Below are positions 9,722-20,777 of a DNA stretch of 64,000 nt, one piece after another. The stretch is from Thermoanaerobaculia bacterium (GTDB lineage Bacteria; Acidobacteriota; Thermoanaerobaculia; Multivoradales; J023), in assembly GCA_028066595.1 (NCBI GenBank), contig JALCBJ010000005.1, forward strand, positions 43,933 to 107,932, in the 5' to 3' direction. The position numbers and the translations under genes are program-made. How positions within the stretch are numbered: the first letter of the stretch is position 1; each line of letters starts with the position of its first letter. Under the pieces are notes generated by a model. It made no database searches. It was given only the letters and a program-made list of their open reading frames with translations, and was not told where the DNA came from.

Positions 9722-11989
9722 TTAGCGGCGACCGCCCCGGCCGCCGCGTCCGCGCCCACCGTCGCGTCCGCGTCCGCCACGTCCTCCGTCTCGGCCACCG
9801 CTCCGGCCGCCGCGATCGCCGCCGCCATCCCGGCTGCCGCCTTCGTCTTTGAACTCCTGGAGCGGATCATTCGCTTCGTCGTAGTTCGGATCGTCGAGAA
9901 GAGCGGCGCGGCGGGACAAGCGTATGCGCCCCTTGTCCGAATCGATCTCCAGAACCTTGACGCGCACCTGGTCTCCTTCACGCATGAAGTGGTTCACGTC
10001 CTTGACCCGGAACGGGGCCACCTCGGAGACGTGCAGCAGACCTTCGGTGCCAGGCAGGATCTCGACGAAGGCGCCGAATCCTTCGACCCGCGTGACGATG
10101 CCCTCATAGGTCTTGCCCACTTCAGGCACCTCGGTGAGGCGCTCGATCATTTCGATGGCGCGCTTGGCGGCCAGGCCGTCCGGCGCGGCCACGGTGACCT
10201 TGCCGTCGTCGACCTCCACTTCGCAGCCGGTCTCTTCCTGGATGGCGCGGATGGTCTTGCCGCCCGGGCCAATGATGTCGCGCACCTTGTCGCGCGGTAC
10301 CTCCAAGGTGTAGAGGCGTGGCGCCAAGGCCGAGATCTCCTCGCGGGGCTCGGGTAGGTGTGCTTCCATCCGATCCAGGATGTGCTCGCGACCAGCCTTG
10401 GCCTGGGCCAGTGCAGTACCCATGATCTCCTCGGAAACACCCGTGATTTTGATGTCCATTTGGAGGGCCGTGATGCCGTCGCGGGTACCTGCGACCTTGA
10501 AGTCCATGTCGCCGTGATGATCCTCCTGGCCGGCGATGTCGGAGAGGACGGCGAAGTCGTCGCCGCGCTTGATCAGACCCATGGCCACGCCGGCCACGGG
10601 TGCCAGGAGCGGCACGCCGACGTCGAACATGGCCAGGGACCCGCCACACACCGTCGCCATGGACGAGGAACCGTTCGACTCCAAGATGTCGGAGACGACG
10701 CGAATGGTGTACGGGAAGTCGTCCTCGTGGGGCAGCACCGGTGTCAAGGCGCGGCGAGCCAGGACTCCGTGTCCGATCTCGCGACGGCCGGGTCCGCGCA
10801 GAAAGCGACATTCACCGACGGAGAAGGGCGGGAAGTTGTAGTGCAGCAGGAACTTCTGCATCGAGTCACCGGCGTAGTCCTCGATGATCTGCGCATCGCG
10901 GCGGGTACCGAGGGTGGCGGTGGCCAGGGCCTGCGTCTCGCCACGGGTGAAGATCGCCGAACCATGGGTTCGGGGCAGCACCTGGGTGTCCATCCAGATG
11001 TCGCGAATCTCGTCGAGGGCACGACCATCGAAGCGTCGCTTGCTCTGCAGCACCGCTGCGGCCAAGAGATCCTCTTCTAGGTCCGAGATGATCTTCTTGA
11101 CGGAGGACTTGATGTCATCGAAATTCTCGTGCTCCTCGTACTGGGCGAGGTAGCCGTCGACCACCTCACGCACCGCTGCAGCACGGGCAAACTTCTCCAC
11201 GGTGTGGAGAGCCCGGTTCAGATCGTCCTTGATCTTGTCGGAGACGTCAGCATAGAGGTCCTGAGGATAGGCCTCGGGCTCGTCCCAGACCGGCTTCTCT
11301 TTGCCGATCTCGGCAGCGAGCTCTTTCTGTGCGGCGATGATCTTCTGTAGCTCTTCGTGACCCCGAAAGATGGCGTTGAGCACCACGTCTTCCGTCAGCT
11401 GATTAGCACCAGCCTCCACCATGGTCACAGCATCCTCGGTACCGACCACGATCAGATCGAGGTCGGACACGTCGCGCTCCGAGTTGGTGGGATTGAACAC
11501 CAGCTCACCGTCGATCAATCCGACGCGGACCGCTCCCACGGGGTGGTAGAAGGGGATGTCGGAGATGGTCAGGGCCGTGGACGCACCGTTGATGGCCAGG
11601 ACGTCGGGATCGTTCTCCTCGTCGGCGGAATAGATGAAGGAGATGACCTGGGTCTCAGCGTAGTAGCCCTTCGGGAACAGTGGGCGTAGGGGTCGGTCGG
11701 TCAACCGGGCGGAGATCGTCTCTTTCTCGCTCGGGCGTCCTTCGCGCTTGAAGAAGCCGCCCGGAATGCGGCCTGCGGCAGCGCTCTGCTCTCGGTATTC
11801 GATGGTCAGTGGCAGGAAGGGACGGGGCTGCTTGGGGTTGCCCGACATGCAGGCGGTGGTGAGGACCACGGTGTCGCCGCAGCGCACCATGCAGGAGCCG
11901 TTGGCCTGTTGTGCGACGTAGCCGGTTTCCAAGACGAGCTTGGAGTGACCGATCTCGATCTCTCGGGTGACTTTCGTTCTTTGAGGCAT
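9722..11989 (-). CDS. pnp: polynucleotide phosphorylase with a C-terminal Arg/Gly-rich (RGG) tail
   Basis: Full-length PNPase architecture (two RNase PH domains, KH, S1). It ends with about 45 aa '[25 protein letters not shown]...'. Confidence 0.95.
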   Translation of the reverse strand: MPQRTKVTREIEIGHSKLVLETGYVAQQANGSCMVRCGDTVVLTTACMSGNPKQPRPFLPLTIEYREQSAAAGRIPGGFFKREGRPSEKETISARLTDRPLRPLFPKGYYAETQVISFIYSADEENDPDVLAINGASTALTISDIPFYHPVGAVRVGLIDGELVFNPTNSERDVSDLDLIVVGTEDAVTMVEAGANQLTEDVVLNAIFRGHEELQKIIAAQKELAAEIGKEKPVWDEPEAYPQDLYADVSDKIKDDLNRALHTVEKFARAAAVREVVDGYLAQYEEHENFDDIKSSVKKIISDLEEDLLAAAVLQSKRRFDGRALDEIRDIWMDTQVLPRTHGSAIFTRGETQALATATLGTRRDAQIIEDYAGDSMQKFLLHYNFPPFSVGECRFLRGPGRREIGHGVLARRALTPVLPHEDDFPYTIRVVSDILESNGSSSMATVCGGSLAMFDVGVPLLAPVAGVAMGLIKRGDDFAVLSDIAGQEDHHGDMDFKVAGTRDGITALQMDIKITGVSEEIMGTALAQAKAGREHILDRMEAHLPEPREEISALAPRLYTLEVPRDKVRDIIGPGGKTIRAIQEETGCEVEVDDGKVTVAAPDGLAAKRAIEMIERLTEVPEVGKTYEGIVTRVEGFGAFVEILPGTEGLLHVSEVAPFRVKDVNHFMREGDQVRVKVLEIDSDKGRIRLSRRAALLDDPNYDEANDPLQEFKDEGGSRDGGGDRGGRSGGRDGGRGGRGRDGGRGRGGRGGRR

Positions 11990-12072
11990 CTTTTTTCTTC
12001 TTTCGTTTCTTCTTTCGACTGGCAGTGGAATGCCGTTTCACTTCTCACGGGAAGCTACGACTTCGTGGGGCC

Positions 12073-12137
12073 TGCGGCGAACCGAATCGGACGGCGGCGC
12101 CGCAGGTTCGAGGCGATTGTCGAACGGGGGTTCGAAC
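12073..12137 (-). promoter_or_regulatory. rpsO terminator / pnp leader hairpins (candidate RNase III-type processing structure)
   Basis: There are two strong stems, ctgcggcg/cgccgcag and ggttcga/tcgaacc, in the rpsO-pnp intergenic region. This matches the known rpsO-pnp intergenic architecture. Confidence 0.45.
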
Positions 12138-12142
12138 CTCGG

Positions 12143-12412
12143 TTACTTACGCAGACCGTGCGTCTCGAGGGTCTTGCGATAGCGCTCGATGTCCTTCTTC
12201 TTCAGGTAGTCCAGAAGGCGACGGCGCCGACCCACGAGCTTCAACAAGCCACGGCGTCCATGATGGTCCTTGCTGTGGATCTTGAAGTGCTCGGTGAGCT
12301 CGACGATGCGATGGGTCAGAAGGGCGATCTGTACCTCGGGTGAACCGGTATCACCCTCGTGGAGCTGATGCTCCGTAATGATCTTCGACTTGACTTCGGG
12401 TTGCTGGGCCAA
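12143..12412 (-). CDS. rpsO: 30S ribosomal protein S15
   Basis: 89 aa typical S15. TTG start with an AAGGAG RBS 7 nt upstream. Confidence 0.9.
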   Translation of the reverse strand: MAQQPEVKSKIITEHQLHEGDTGSPEVQIALLTHRIVELTEHFKIHSKDHHGRRGLLKLVGRRRRLLDYLKKKDIERYRKTLETHGLRK

Positions 12413-12536
12413 AGGCTTACTCCTTTTGGCGAGCGGACGGTGTCCGCCACTTGGTTGGTTGTTCGGTTTGGTTGGTTGGGTGTGGCTACGAAACAGGGAG
12501 ATTCTGGGGCGGCTTGCGGTGACGTCGATACTGAGG

Positions 12537-13511
12537 TCAGTCCGCGGCTCGAAAGACTACCTTGGGCTGGATGACGCCGACCTTACCGGTGCCGATGCGC
12601 TCTACCACCGAGCCGACGGCGATGAACTCACGACGCTGGTTGGCGATCTTGATCCAGTCGCCTTCCTGACTGTCGAGGTCTCGAACCAGCACGGTCTGGC
12701 CGTGGCGGATACGTTTTTCTTGTTGGGCGTCGACCTGGACTCCACCGAAGGGAAGAGTGATGTCATCGAATGGGATCCAGGCTTCACCCAGGTCGGCCAG
12801 GTGTGGCTCGTCGCCGGCTTCCACACATCCGTCCATACGAGTCTTCAGCTGCCGGATGGTCGTAGCGTCGTCGAGTTGAAAGGAACCGATCTGCGTGCGC
12901 CGCAGGGCCGAGAGCGTAGCACCGGTGCCGAGAGCTCGGCCCAACTCGTACACCATGCTGCGAGCGTAGGTGCCCGACGAGCAGCTGAGCAGGAAGTCGA
13001 GATCCTCTCCTTCACACCACTCGCCGGTAGCGCGGAAGTCATAGATCATGACCTCCTTCGATTCGACCTCGACCTCCTCGCCGGCTCGCGCCAGCTCGTA
13101 GAGCTTCTTGCCGCCCACTTTCTTCGCCGAGTATGCGGGAGGACGGTGTTCTTGAACACCCAGGAAGCTCGCCATGGTTTCGTCGATCGCGTCCCGGGTG
13201 ACACCGTCGACGGGCTGCTCCGCCGTCACTTCGCCCGTGATGTCGTAGGTGTCCGTCACGACGCCGAGTCGTGCGGAACCTTCGTAGATCTTCGGCGCCC
13301 GGATCAAGAAACGAGTCAGCCGCGTCGCGTTGCCGACCGTCAACAGCAGCAGGCCTGTAGCAGCCGGGTCGAGGGTGCCGCAATGCCCGATTTTCTTCTG
13401 CCGCAGAATTCGCCGCGCCTGCGCCACGATGTCGTGGGAGGTACAGCCTTCGTGTTTGTCGACCAGCAGCAGGCCGTGGCGCTGCGGTCCTTGGTTTCTC
13501 TTTCGTCCCAT
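12537..13511 (-). CDS. truB: tRNA pseudouridine(55) synthase
   Basis: Catalytic '[11 protein letters not shown]' motif, followed by a PUA-like C-terminus. Confidence 0.9.
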   Translation of the reverse strand: MGRKRNQGPQRHGLLLVDKHEGCTSHDIVAQARRILRQKKIGHCGTLDPAATGLLLLTVGNATRLTRFLIRAPKIYEGSARLGVVTDTYDITGEVTAEQPVDGVTRDAIDETMASFLGVQEHRPPAYSAKKVGGKKLYELARAGEEVEVESKEVMIYDFRATGEWCEGEDLDFLLSCSSGTYARSMVYELGRALGTGATLSALRRTQIGSFQLDDATTIRQLKTRMDGCVEAGDEPHLADLGEAWIPFDDITLPFGGVQVDAQQEKRIRHGQTVLVRDLDSQEGDWIKIANQRREFIAVGSVVERIGTGKVGVIQPKVVFRAAD

Positions 13512-13516
13512 GTCGA

Positions 13517-14575
13517 TCAGGCGTCTGATGTTCCGGAATCGGTCTCGATATCCCGAGGCGTGGCGTCGACCCGCTCGGCGGCGGCATGATCAGCCAACCG
13601 AATCGCCTCACCAAGTTCCTGCACCACCTCAGAGCGGAGCCCGCCGAGTTGCCGGTCGGGTTCGGCTGTGAAGCCTGCGGCGTTCTGGTGTCCGCCGCCA
13701 CCGTGGCGTCGGGCGACGCGTTCGACGCTGACCTCTCCACGACTGCGCAGCGAGGCTTTCCAGCGGCGGTCTTCGAGCTGGCGAAACAGAGCCACGGCCC
13801 GGACACCCGCGATCGAGCGGGGTATGTCGATGAGACCCTCGGAGTCACCCGGCTGGGCCGAAGCAGCAGCCACCATGTCGTGATCGACATGTACCGTCGC
13901 AACCTGGCCGTCATCGTGTAATTCCAAGGTTTGGAGGACGGCGCCCTGCAGGCGCACCGCCGATTCGGGGCGTGATTCGTACAGCCACTGCGCGACCTTG
14001 TCCGGGCCGGCACCTTCGCGCACCAAGGCCGCAGCTGCGTCGAATGCTTGCGCGGTAGCGTTGGAGTGGCGGAAGCCCCCTGTGTCGGTGACCAAGGCGA
14101 GGTAGAGGCAGTCGGCCGTGGCCGGATCTACGTCGACATGTAGGGCCTCGGCGATACGGTGGACCAGGACGCCCACGGCCGGCGCTGCCGTGTCGACCCA
14201 ATTGACATGGCCGTAGGGCTCGTTGCCCAGATGGTGGTCGACGTTCAACACCGGTAGCGCTGCAGCCTCGACGGCGTCAGCAATGCCGCTGCGCTCCAAA
14301 CTGGGACATTCGAGTACGACGACGGCATCGAACTGGTCGGGAAAACCGCGGGGTGGATCTGTTCCGACATGGACGCGATCGGCACCGGGCAGCACCGAGT
14401 AGAGCCCTGGTACGGGATCTCGTAGCCATACCACGCTCGACTTGCCCAGCTTGCGCAATACCCGTGTGAGACCGAGCGAAGAGCCCACCGCATCGCCGTC
14501 GGGATTGATATGGCTGGTGATGAGGAATCGGTGACCGCGGCGCAACCGGTCCAGGAGTGCGTCAGGTGCCTTCAT
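13517..14575 (-). CDS. nrnA: DHH/DHHA1 phosphoesterase (NrnA-like bifunctional oligoribonuclease/pAp phosphatase)
   Basis: DHH motif (HINPDGDAVGS) and DHHA1 GGGH motif. The ATG at 14573-14575 overlaps the rbfA 3' end. It occupies the usual rbfA-truB position. Confidence 0.7.
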   Translation of the reverse strand: MKAPDALLDRLRRGHRFLITSHINPDGDAVGSSLGLTRVLRKLGKSSVVWLRDPVPGLYSVLPGADRVHVGTDPPRGFPDQFDAVVVLECPSLERSGIADAVEAAALPVLNVDHHLGNEPYGHVNWVDTAAPAVGVLVHRIAEALHVDVDPATADCLYLALVTDTGGFRHSNATAQAFDAAAALVREGAGPDKVAQWLYESRPESAVRLQGAVLQTLELHDDGQVATVHVDHDMVAAASAQPGDSEGLIDIPRSIAGVRAVALFRQLEDRRWKASLRSRGEVSVERVARRHGGGGHQNAAGFTAEPDRQLGGLRSEVVQELGEAIRLADHAAAERVDATPRDIETDSGTSDA

Positions 14576-14936
14576 CGACGGGCTCCTCGTCCGTTGCGGG
14601 TTGGAGGCCCGCCAACAACTCGTTGATGCGCTGACTATGCTCCGCCCCGCGATCCAGCTCGAAGTGCAGCTCTGGGGTTTGGCGCAGACGAAGCCTGCGA
14701 GCCAGATGACTCCGAACCCAACCTTTGGCTTGGCGCAATGTCTCCACGGCCTCTTCGCGTTTGGAGAGGTCGTCGCCGAGAACCGAGACCAAGATCTTGG
14801 CGTGGCTGAAATCACGCGTCACCTCGACCGCCGAGATCGACGCCAGCTGAATGCGTGGGTCCTTCATCTCCATACGCAGGATCTGTGACAACTCGCTGCG
14901 GATCTGGTCCGCAACCCGTTCGGTTCTCTGGCTCAT
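14562..14936 (-). CDS. rbfA: ribosome-binding factor A
   Basis: 124 aa. Typical RbfA KH-like sequence. Confidence 0.9.
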   Translation of the reverse strand: MSQRTERVADQIRSELSQILRMEMKDPRIQLASISAVEVTRDFSHAKILVSVLGDDLSKREEAVETLRQAKGWVRSHLARRLRLRQTPELHFELDRGAEHSQRINELLAGLQPATDEEPVDEGT

Positions 14937-14967
14937 AGGTTCGATCAGGCTTGTTTCAGTCGGGGGA

Positions 14968-15258
14968 TCAGGCGACTTCGAGAATCTCGGGCTGCCATCC
15001 GATCGCCATGCCCTCGCCGGGTTCGTCGACGATGGACCGGATGGAGTCGAGGAGCCGCCAGGCCTCGCTCTCGTTCTGGGCGATCAAGCAAAGACCGATC
15101 TCGGCTCGTTGGTGGAGGTCGTGATGATCGGTTTCGGCTATGGAGACTTTGAACCGCTTGTGAATGCGGTCGACCATGCCCCTCACCACCTTACGCTTCT
15201 GCTTGAGGCTTCGGGAGTGAGGCAGGTGTAGCTCGAATATCGACACGCCGATCACCAT
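14968..15258 (-). CDS. DUF503 protein (YlxP-like), conserved between infB and rbfA
   Basis: 96 aa. Position and sequence are typical. Confidence 0.7.
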   Translation of the reverse strand: MVIGVSIFELHLPHSRSLKQKRKVVRGMVDRIHKRFKVSIAETDHHDLHQRAEIGLCLIAQNESEAWRLLDSIRSIVDEPGEGMAIGWQPEILEVA

Positions 15259-15299
15259 CTCGCATCACCTCGGGAGCCGTGAGTCGGCGCGCGGCGACC

Positions 15300-17891
15300 T
15301 CAGAGGGTGGCCGCAACCTCCTCCTTCGTAAACGCTTCGATCAGGTCTCCCGGCTTGACGTCCTGGAATCCCTCGAGGCCGATACCGCATTCGAAACCCG
15401 AGCGGACTTCGGCGACGTCGTCTTTGAAACGCCGCAGCGAAGCGAGCTTGCCTTCCCACACCACCACGTTGTCCCGTAGCAGGCGAGCCTGCGCGCTGCG
15501 CGGAATCACACCATCGAGGACATGACAGCCGGCGACGAGCCCGATCTTCGGTACCTTGAACAGCTCCCGCACCTCGGCGGTGCCTTGCTGGACTTCCTGG
15601 AAGGTCGGGTCGAGGAGACCGGCCATGGCGGCCTTGATCTCGTCGAGCAGCTCGTAGATCACGGTGTGCAGGCGAATGTCGATGCCTTCCTGTTCCGCCA
15701 GCTGCGAGGCATTGCGTTCGGGGCGAACGTTGAATCCCACGACCACGGCATTCGATGCCGACGCGAGGAGCACGTCGTGGTTGGAAATGGCACCGACCGC
15801 GGCGTGGATCACCTTCAAGTTGACCTTGTCGGTGGAGAGCTTCTCCAGCGAGTCCTTGAGTACTTCGACGGAACCGTGGACATCGGCCTTGACCACCACC
15901 GGCAGCTCCTTGACCTCGTCCTTGCCCATCTGGTCGAAGAGGTTTTCCAACGAGATCTTGCCGATCTTCGGTGCCAGCTCCGCTTCGCGCTCCCTCTGCT
16001 GGCGGAACGACGAGATCTCGCGCGCTTTGGACTCGTCTTCGTAGACCTGAAGCAGGTCACCTGCGCTGGGAACGCCGCCGAAACCCGTGACCTCGACCGC
16101 GGTGGCCGGTCCGGCGGCGTCGAGCTTCCGCCCGCGGTCGTCGATCATGGTTCGTACGCGTCCCCAGGTGGAACCGGCCACGAAGACGTCGCCTTTCCTC
16201 AGGGAGCCGTCCTGCACGACGACCGTGGAGATGATGCCACGGCCCACCTCCTTGCGCGCTTCGAGAACGACGCCGCGAGCCGGCAGGTCGGGGACCGCCT
16301 TCAACTCCAACATCTCGGAGGTCAGCAAGAGCATTTCCAGGAGATCGTCGATGCCCTGGCGCTGGAGCGCCGAGACCTGCACCGATACCGTGTCGCCGCC
16401 CCAATCCTCCAGCAGGAGCTCTGCATCGGCTAGCTCCTTCCGGAGCTTCTCGACGTTCGCGTTGGGCTTGTCGATCTTGTTGATCGCCACCACGATCGGT
16501 ACGTCCGCCGCGCGAGCGTGGTCGATCGCTTCCAAGGTCTGTGGCATGACACCGTCGTCGGCGGCCACCACCAGGATCACGATATCCGTGACCTTTGCGC
16601 CACGGGCACGCATCATGGTGAACGCTTCGTGGCCAGGAGTATCGAGGAAGACGATCTGCCGTTCCCCAACGTCCACGTGGTAGGCGCCGATGTGCTGGGT
16701 GATGCCGCCGGCCTCGCCTTCGGCCACCTTCGTCTTGCGGATGGCATCGAGAAGGGAGGTCTTGCCGTGGTCGACGTGGCCCATGACCGTGACCACCGGA
16801 GCCCGGGGGTGCTTCTCCAGATCGGTCTGCTCTTCCTCGGCCTGCAGCTGGATTTCTTCCTCGAAGGAAACCTCCATCACATCGACACCGACTTCCTGCG
16901 CCAGCTGTGTGGCCGTTTCGACGTCGAGCACGTGATTGATGGTGGCCATGACACCGCGCTGCAGCAGTACTTTGATGAGGTCCTTGGCCTTGACGCCCAG
17001 TTTCTCGGCGAACTCACGCACCGTCATGCCGGGCGTGATGGTCACCGTACCTTCTGGTTTGTTCTCTTTGAAAACCAGACCCTGCGCGCTCTTCTCTTCC
17101 TGCCGGCGTTGAGCCCTGCGTTTTCCACGTTCGGACACTGCCTGACGATGGCCCTCGCCGGTACGTGCCGCCTTGGGAGCGTTAGGCGGAAGGGCGATGA
17201 TCCTGGCGCGGTTCTTGTTTCGTCGTTTCGGTTCGGGCTTGGGACGAGCCGCCAGCTTCTTCTGCTCGGCGGCCTTCTGAGCCAGGGCCTTTTTCTTCGC
17301 GGCCTCGGCAGCAGCCTTTTCACGAGCTATCGCTTGTGCCTTCTCGGCGGCGATGCGTTTGCGTTCGGCCTCAGCCTCCTCGCGTGCGGCCTTGGCGGCG
17401 GCCGCTTTCTCGGCTGCCTCCTTGGCGGCAGCCTCGGCCTCTGCCTTTGCCGCCTGGGCACGTTTCTTGGCTTCCTCGTCCGACTTGTCGGCAGCGGCTT
17501 CGGCCGCGGTCTTCTTGGCGGCCTCCGATCTCTCGGCAGCCGACTTGGCTTCGGCAGCCGCTTGATCGGCCTTGCGCTTGACCTCGAGCTCGCGGATTTT
17601 TGGCTCGACGCGATGGATCATGGCTCGCCGTTGGGGACGCAGCGGACCCGGCGCACTACCAGTGGACCGCTGGACCTGCGGCGGCTCTTCTTCCTGTCCA
17701 TCGTCACGAAGGATGACCTCCCTCGGAGGGGGCATGCGCTTGCCCTGGAGAATCGCCTGAATGACGTCGCTGTCGATCGTTGGATTGTCGCCGCCTTCGA
17801 GGCGGACGCCGATCGAACGCAACTTGAACATGAGGTCCTGCTCCGGCAGGTTCAGCCGGCTGGCCAGGTCTCTGAGCCGAATCTTGCTCAT
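15300..17891 (-). CDS. infB: translation initiation factor IF-2
   Basis: Ala/Glu/Lys-rich N-terminal region, G-domain ([12 protein letters not shown]) and a C-terminal beta-barrel. Confidence 0.95.
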   Translation of the reverse strand: MSKIRLRDLASRLNLPEQDLMFKLRSIGVRLEGGDNPTIDSDVIQAILQGKRMPPPREVILRDDGQEEEPPQVQRSTGSAPGPLRPQRRAMIHRVEPKIRELEVKRKADQAAAEAKSAAERSEAAKKTAAEAAADKSDEEAKKRAQAAKAEAEAAAKEAAEKAAAAKAAREEAEAERKRIAAEKAQAIAREKAAAEAAKKKALAQKAAEQKKLAARPKPEPKRRNKNRARIIALPPNAPKAARTGEGHRQAVSERGKRRAQRRQEEKSAQGLVFKENKPEGTVTITPGMTVREFAEKLGVKAKDLIKVLLQRGVMATINHVLDVETATQLAQEVGVDVMEVSFEEEIQLQAEEEQTDLEKHPRAPVVTVMGHVDHGKTSLLDAIRKTKVAEGEAGGITQHIGAYHVDVGERQIVFLDTPGHEAFTMMRARGAKVTDIVILVVAADDGVMPQTLEAIDHARAADVPIVVAINKIDKPNANVEKLRKELADAELLLEDWGGDTVSVQVSALQRQGIDDLLEMLLLTSEMLELKAVPDLPARGVVLEARKEVGRGIISTVVVQDGSLRKGDVFVAGSTWGRVRTMIDDRGRKLDAAGPATAVEVTGFGGVPSAGDLLQVYEDESKAREISSFRQQREREAELAPKIGKISLENLFDQMGKDEVKELPVVVKADVHGSVEVLKDSLEKLSTDKVNLKVIHAAVGAISNHDVLLASASNAVVVGFNVRPERNASQLAEQEGIDIRLHTVIYELLDEIKAAMAGLLDPTFQEVQQGTAEVRELFKVPKIGLVAGCHVLDGVIPRSAQARLLRDNVVVWEGKLASLRRFKDDVAEVRSGFECGIGLEGFQDVKPGDLIEAFTKEEVAATL

Positions 17892-17967
17892 CGTCTTCGT
17901 CGCTATCCTTTCCTATTGCGTGGGAGGCTGGTCGGCTGCTCGTGAGATGGGGAGGCCGCGTTTCGGA

Positions 17968-19506
17968 TCACTCTTCGGAGTCCGAGTCGTCTCCCTCACT
18001 TTCGAGGAACTCACGGGCAGCGGCTTCCTCCGCGGCTCGCTGCTCTTCGCTCTCGGCCAGCGCGCGTGACAAGGCTGCCATGAAGTCGTCACCGAGGTCG
18101 GCGTCGCTATCTTCTTCGTCCGATGACTCGTGCTCTTCCTCGGCCTCCTCGACGACTTCGAGCTCGGGCTCGACGTCTGCGCTCAGGCGATCCGATACCC
18201 AATCCACGAGTGCCTGAGCGGTCTTCGGACCGATGCCTTCGATCGCCGTCAAGTCCGTGATGTCGGCATCCGCCAACTGACCGTAGGTGGTGAAGCCGGC
18301 CTGTTGGAGCCCTTCGGCGCCGCGTGCTCCGATGCCTGGAGCTGCGTCCCAGTCGACCTCTTCGTCATGGCTGTACGCCGTGGGTTCCGCGAGCGGGCTT
18401 TCTGCCATCGCATCTTGGAGCATCTTGGCCAGGGCGTCGGCGACCTCGTCCTTGACGTCGGACTCGGACTTGATGTCGATACGGGCACCGATCAGCTCGG
18501 AGGCAAGACGTACGTTCTGCCCGCGCTTACCGATGGCCAGGGACAGCTGTTCGTCTTCGACGATCACATCGAGATGCGGCACCTCGCCGTGATGGGTAAC
18601 CGATACACGGGTGATCTTGGCCGGCGCGAGGGCGCTCTGAGCGAAGGTCACGAGGTCATCCGAGAACTCGATGATGTCGATCTTCTCGCCGCGAAGCTCG
18701 CGGATGATCGACTGCACGCGCGACCCCTTCATGCCGACGCAGGCGCCCACCGGATCGACGTCCCGCTCGCGGCTGGACACCGCGACCTTGGCCCGTTCGC
18801 CCGGAGCGCGAACCGCGTTGCGGATGACCACCGTGCCGTCGTAGATCTCGGGCACCTCCATCTCGAAGAGCTTCACCAGCAGTCTCGGATCCGTTCTGGA
18901 GAGGACGATCTGCGGTCCCTTCGGCTGGGTGTGGACATCGACGATCACGGCGCGAATTCGCTCGCCTTGGCTGTAGCGCTCGTGGCGCGACTGTTCGGAC
19001 TTGGGTGCGATGGCCTCGGTGCGACCGAGGTCGACGATGATGTCGCCGCGCTCGAAACGCTTAACGGTGCCATTGACGATCTCACCCAGGCGGCCGATGT
19101 ATTCGTTGTAGATCCTCTCGCGCTCGGCTTCGCGAATACGTTGATACAGCACCTGCTTGGCACTCTGTGCGGCGATTCGGCCGAGGCCATCGGTGGAGAT
19201 GGGCATGTGGATTTCGTCGCCCACCTCGGCATCAGGCTTCTCTTCGCGTGCTTCTTCGACGGTCCATTCGGCTAGAGGATCCTCTACTTCTTCCACCACC
19301 TGCTTGACGATGTAGGCCTTGAAGCCCTGGGTGGCAGGATCGAACTCGGCACGCACCGGTTCTTTGATCCGGTGCTCCTTCTTCGCCGCAGAAGCCATGG
19401 CATCTTCGAGGGCGGAGATCAGCCGCTCCATATCGATGTTTTTCTCGCGTACCGCCTGCTGCAGCGACGTGGTCAGGTCGAAATCGGGGGTCTTGGCTCT
19501 AGGCAT
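17968..19506 (-). CDS. nusA: transcription termination/antitermination factor NusA with acidic C-terminal tail
   Basis: S1, KH and AR domains. ATG at 19504-19506. The C-terminus is very acidic (DSD/EE-rich). Confidence 0.9.
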   Translation of the reverse strand: MPRAKTPDFDLTTSLQQAVREKNIDMERLISALEDAMASAAKKEHRIKEPVRAEFDPATQGFKAYIVKQVVEEVEDPLAEWTVEEAREEKPDAEVGDEIHMPISTDGLGRIAAQSAKQVLYQRIREAERERIYNEYIGRLGEIVNGTVKRFERGDIIVDLGRTEAIAPKSEQSRHERYSQGERIRAVIVDVHTQPKGPQIVLSRTDPRLLVKLFEMEVPEIYDGTVVIRNAVRAPGERAKVAVSSRERDVDPVGACVGMKGSRVQSIIRELRGEKIDIIEFSDDLVTFAQSALAPAKITRVSVTHHGEVPHLDVIVEDEQLSLAIGKRGQNVRLASELIGARIDIKSESDVKDEVADALAKMLQDAMAESPLAEPTAYSHDEEVDWDAAPGIGARGAEGLQQAGFTTYGQLADADITDLTAIEGIGPKTAQALVDWVSDRLSADVEPELEVVEEAEEEHESSDEEDSDADLGDDFMAALSRALAESEEQRAAEEAAAREFLESEGDDSDSEE

Positions 19507-19551
19507 GGAGGTGTCTTTTCTTGGTTGGAGCTGGTGGGGCGGAGCTCGTAG

Positions 19552-20070
19552 CTAGAACTCGACTTCCAGTCTGGCGAGCTGAACGTCCGCCACCGGAATC
19601 TCGATCCGCTGGGCGGACGACGCAGCGGACTCGGACGTTTTGGCGGCGGGCTTGCCCGCAGAGGCTTCTTGAACGTGGAGGACGCCGCCGTCGGACACCT
19701 CTTCGTCGTATCCGACGAGGCGTCCCACGACGGTCCGCTTGGCCCGTTCGGGCCCGCTCAGGAACGTCACGCGAACCAGGTGTTCCGAGAAGCGGCGGTA
19801 GTCACGAGGACCGTAGAGCTTTCGGTCGAGTCCCGGCGAGCTCACCTCGAGCGTGTATTTTCCGTGGCCGAAGTCATGGACATCGAGAAGAGGCGAGGCT
19901 TGCTTTGAGACGGCCTGACAGTCGTCGAGGGTTACGCTGCCTTCTTCTCGATCGAGAACTAGCCTCAGATTTCCGTGGTCGAACGAGACTTCGAGCAATT
20001 CGCACCCCTGGCTTTCCGCAATTGCGGCAAGCTCGGAGCGTAGCTCCGGATCGATGCTCGAGTTCGCCAT
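19552..20070 (-). CDS. rimP: ribosome maturation factor RimP
   Basis: ATG at 20068-20070. Typical RimP N- and C-domains. Confidence 0.85.
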   Translation of the reverse strand: MANSSIDPELRSELAAIAESQGCELLEVSFDHGNLRLVLDREEGSVTLDDCQAVSKQASPLLDVHDFGHGKYTLEVSSPGLDRKLYGPRDYRRFSEHLVRVTFLSGPERAKRTVVGRLVGYDEEVSDGGVLHVQEASAGKPAAKTSESAASSAQRIEIPVADVQLARLEVEF

Positions 20071-20777
20071 GGGGTTGATGTCGTTCCGGTTTCTCTGGGC
20101 TGGGTTTCGGCCGCGTGGATGCGCGTGACCACGCGTCGCAGGCCGAGGCACTGCGGGAGAGTCGTCCGACGTTGAGCGGGATGGGCGGTAGCCGAAAGAG
20201 ACAGACCGCGCATCTCAGTGCTCGACTCGATCGCTGGACCGTCGATCACAAGACCGCAGTGTCATGTCGATACCTTTCGGTCGGGGTCCGTCGGAGGCGG
20301 GAGCCGGGAGACTCTCGAAGTCGCCGGCCGTATGCTCCGGTGGCGGGTACAATTCCACCGTCCAGACCATTTAGCTGGCTCGACCACTATAGACGACGCT
20401 GCGAGGAGGCGCAAGCCGACAACGGGCGCGCGATGCCATACGCTGTAGGGTCCGGCAGAGGCGCCAGCCGGCTCCGACACGAGTTCTTCGGAGAGAGTCG
20501 GTATGTGCCAATTTGACGCGTCGCCGTGGGACCGTCGGTGTCTGAGAAACCACGTGTATGCGGGGCGACGAAGCTGTCGGAAGATCAGAGAAGGACCTCG
20601 CCGCGATGGAATTCTTGGCAGTCGTCTTGCATTACAGGAAGTGTCGGCGCCTCGCATCCGGCCTCGCGAGCGATGACGTCTTGACACTCTCTTCGCCATA
20701 CAGGCTCGACACCATGGTCTCAACATACGTGGCGGCCGCGGCCAGCTTGCCGTATCGCCCACGCCAAGGAGGGCTCG

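Noticed and set aside
17290-17560. Repetitive GCC/GCG-rich DNA in infB
   Set aside because: It encodes the usual Ala/Glu/Lys-rich low-complexity N-terminal region of IF-2, not a mobile or regulatory repeat.
20071-20777. Possible initiator tRNA upstream of rimP (as in the metY-rimP-nusA arrangement) or genes in the 700-bp gap
   Set aside because: No cloverleaf or GGTTCGAATCC-type T-arm was found. The ORFs here are Arg-rich junk. The region is treated as promoter/leader only.
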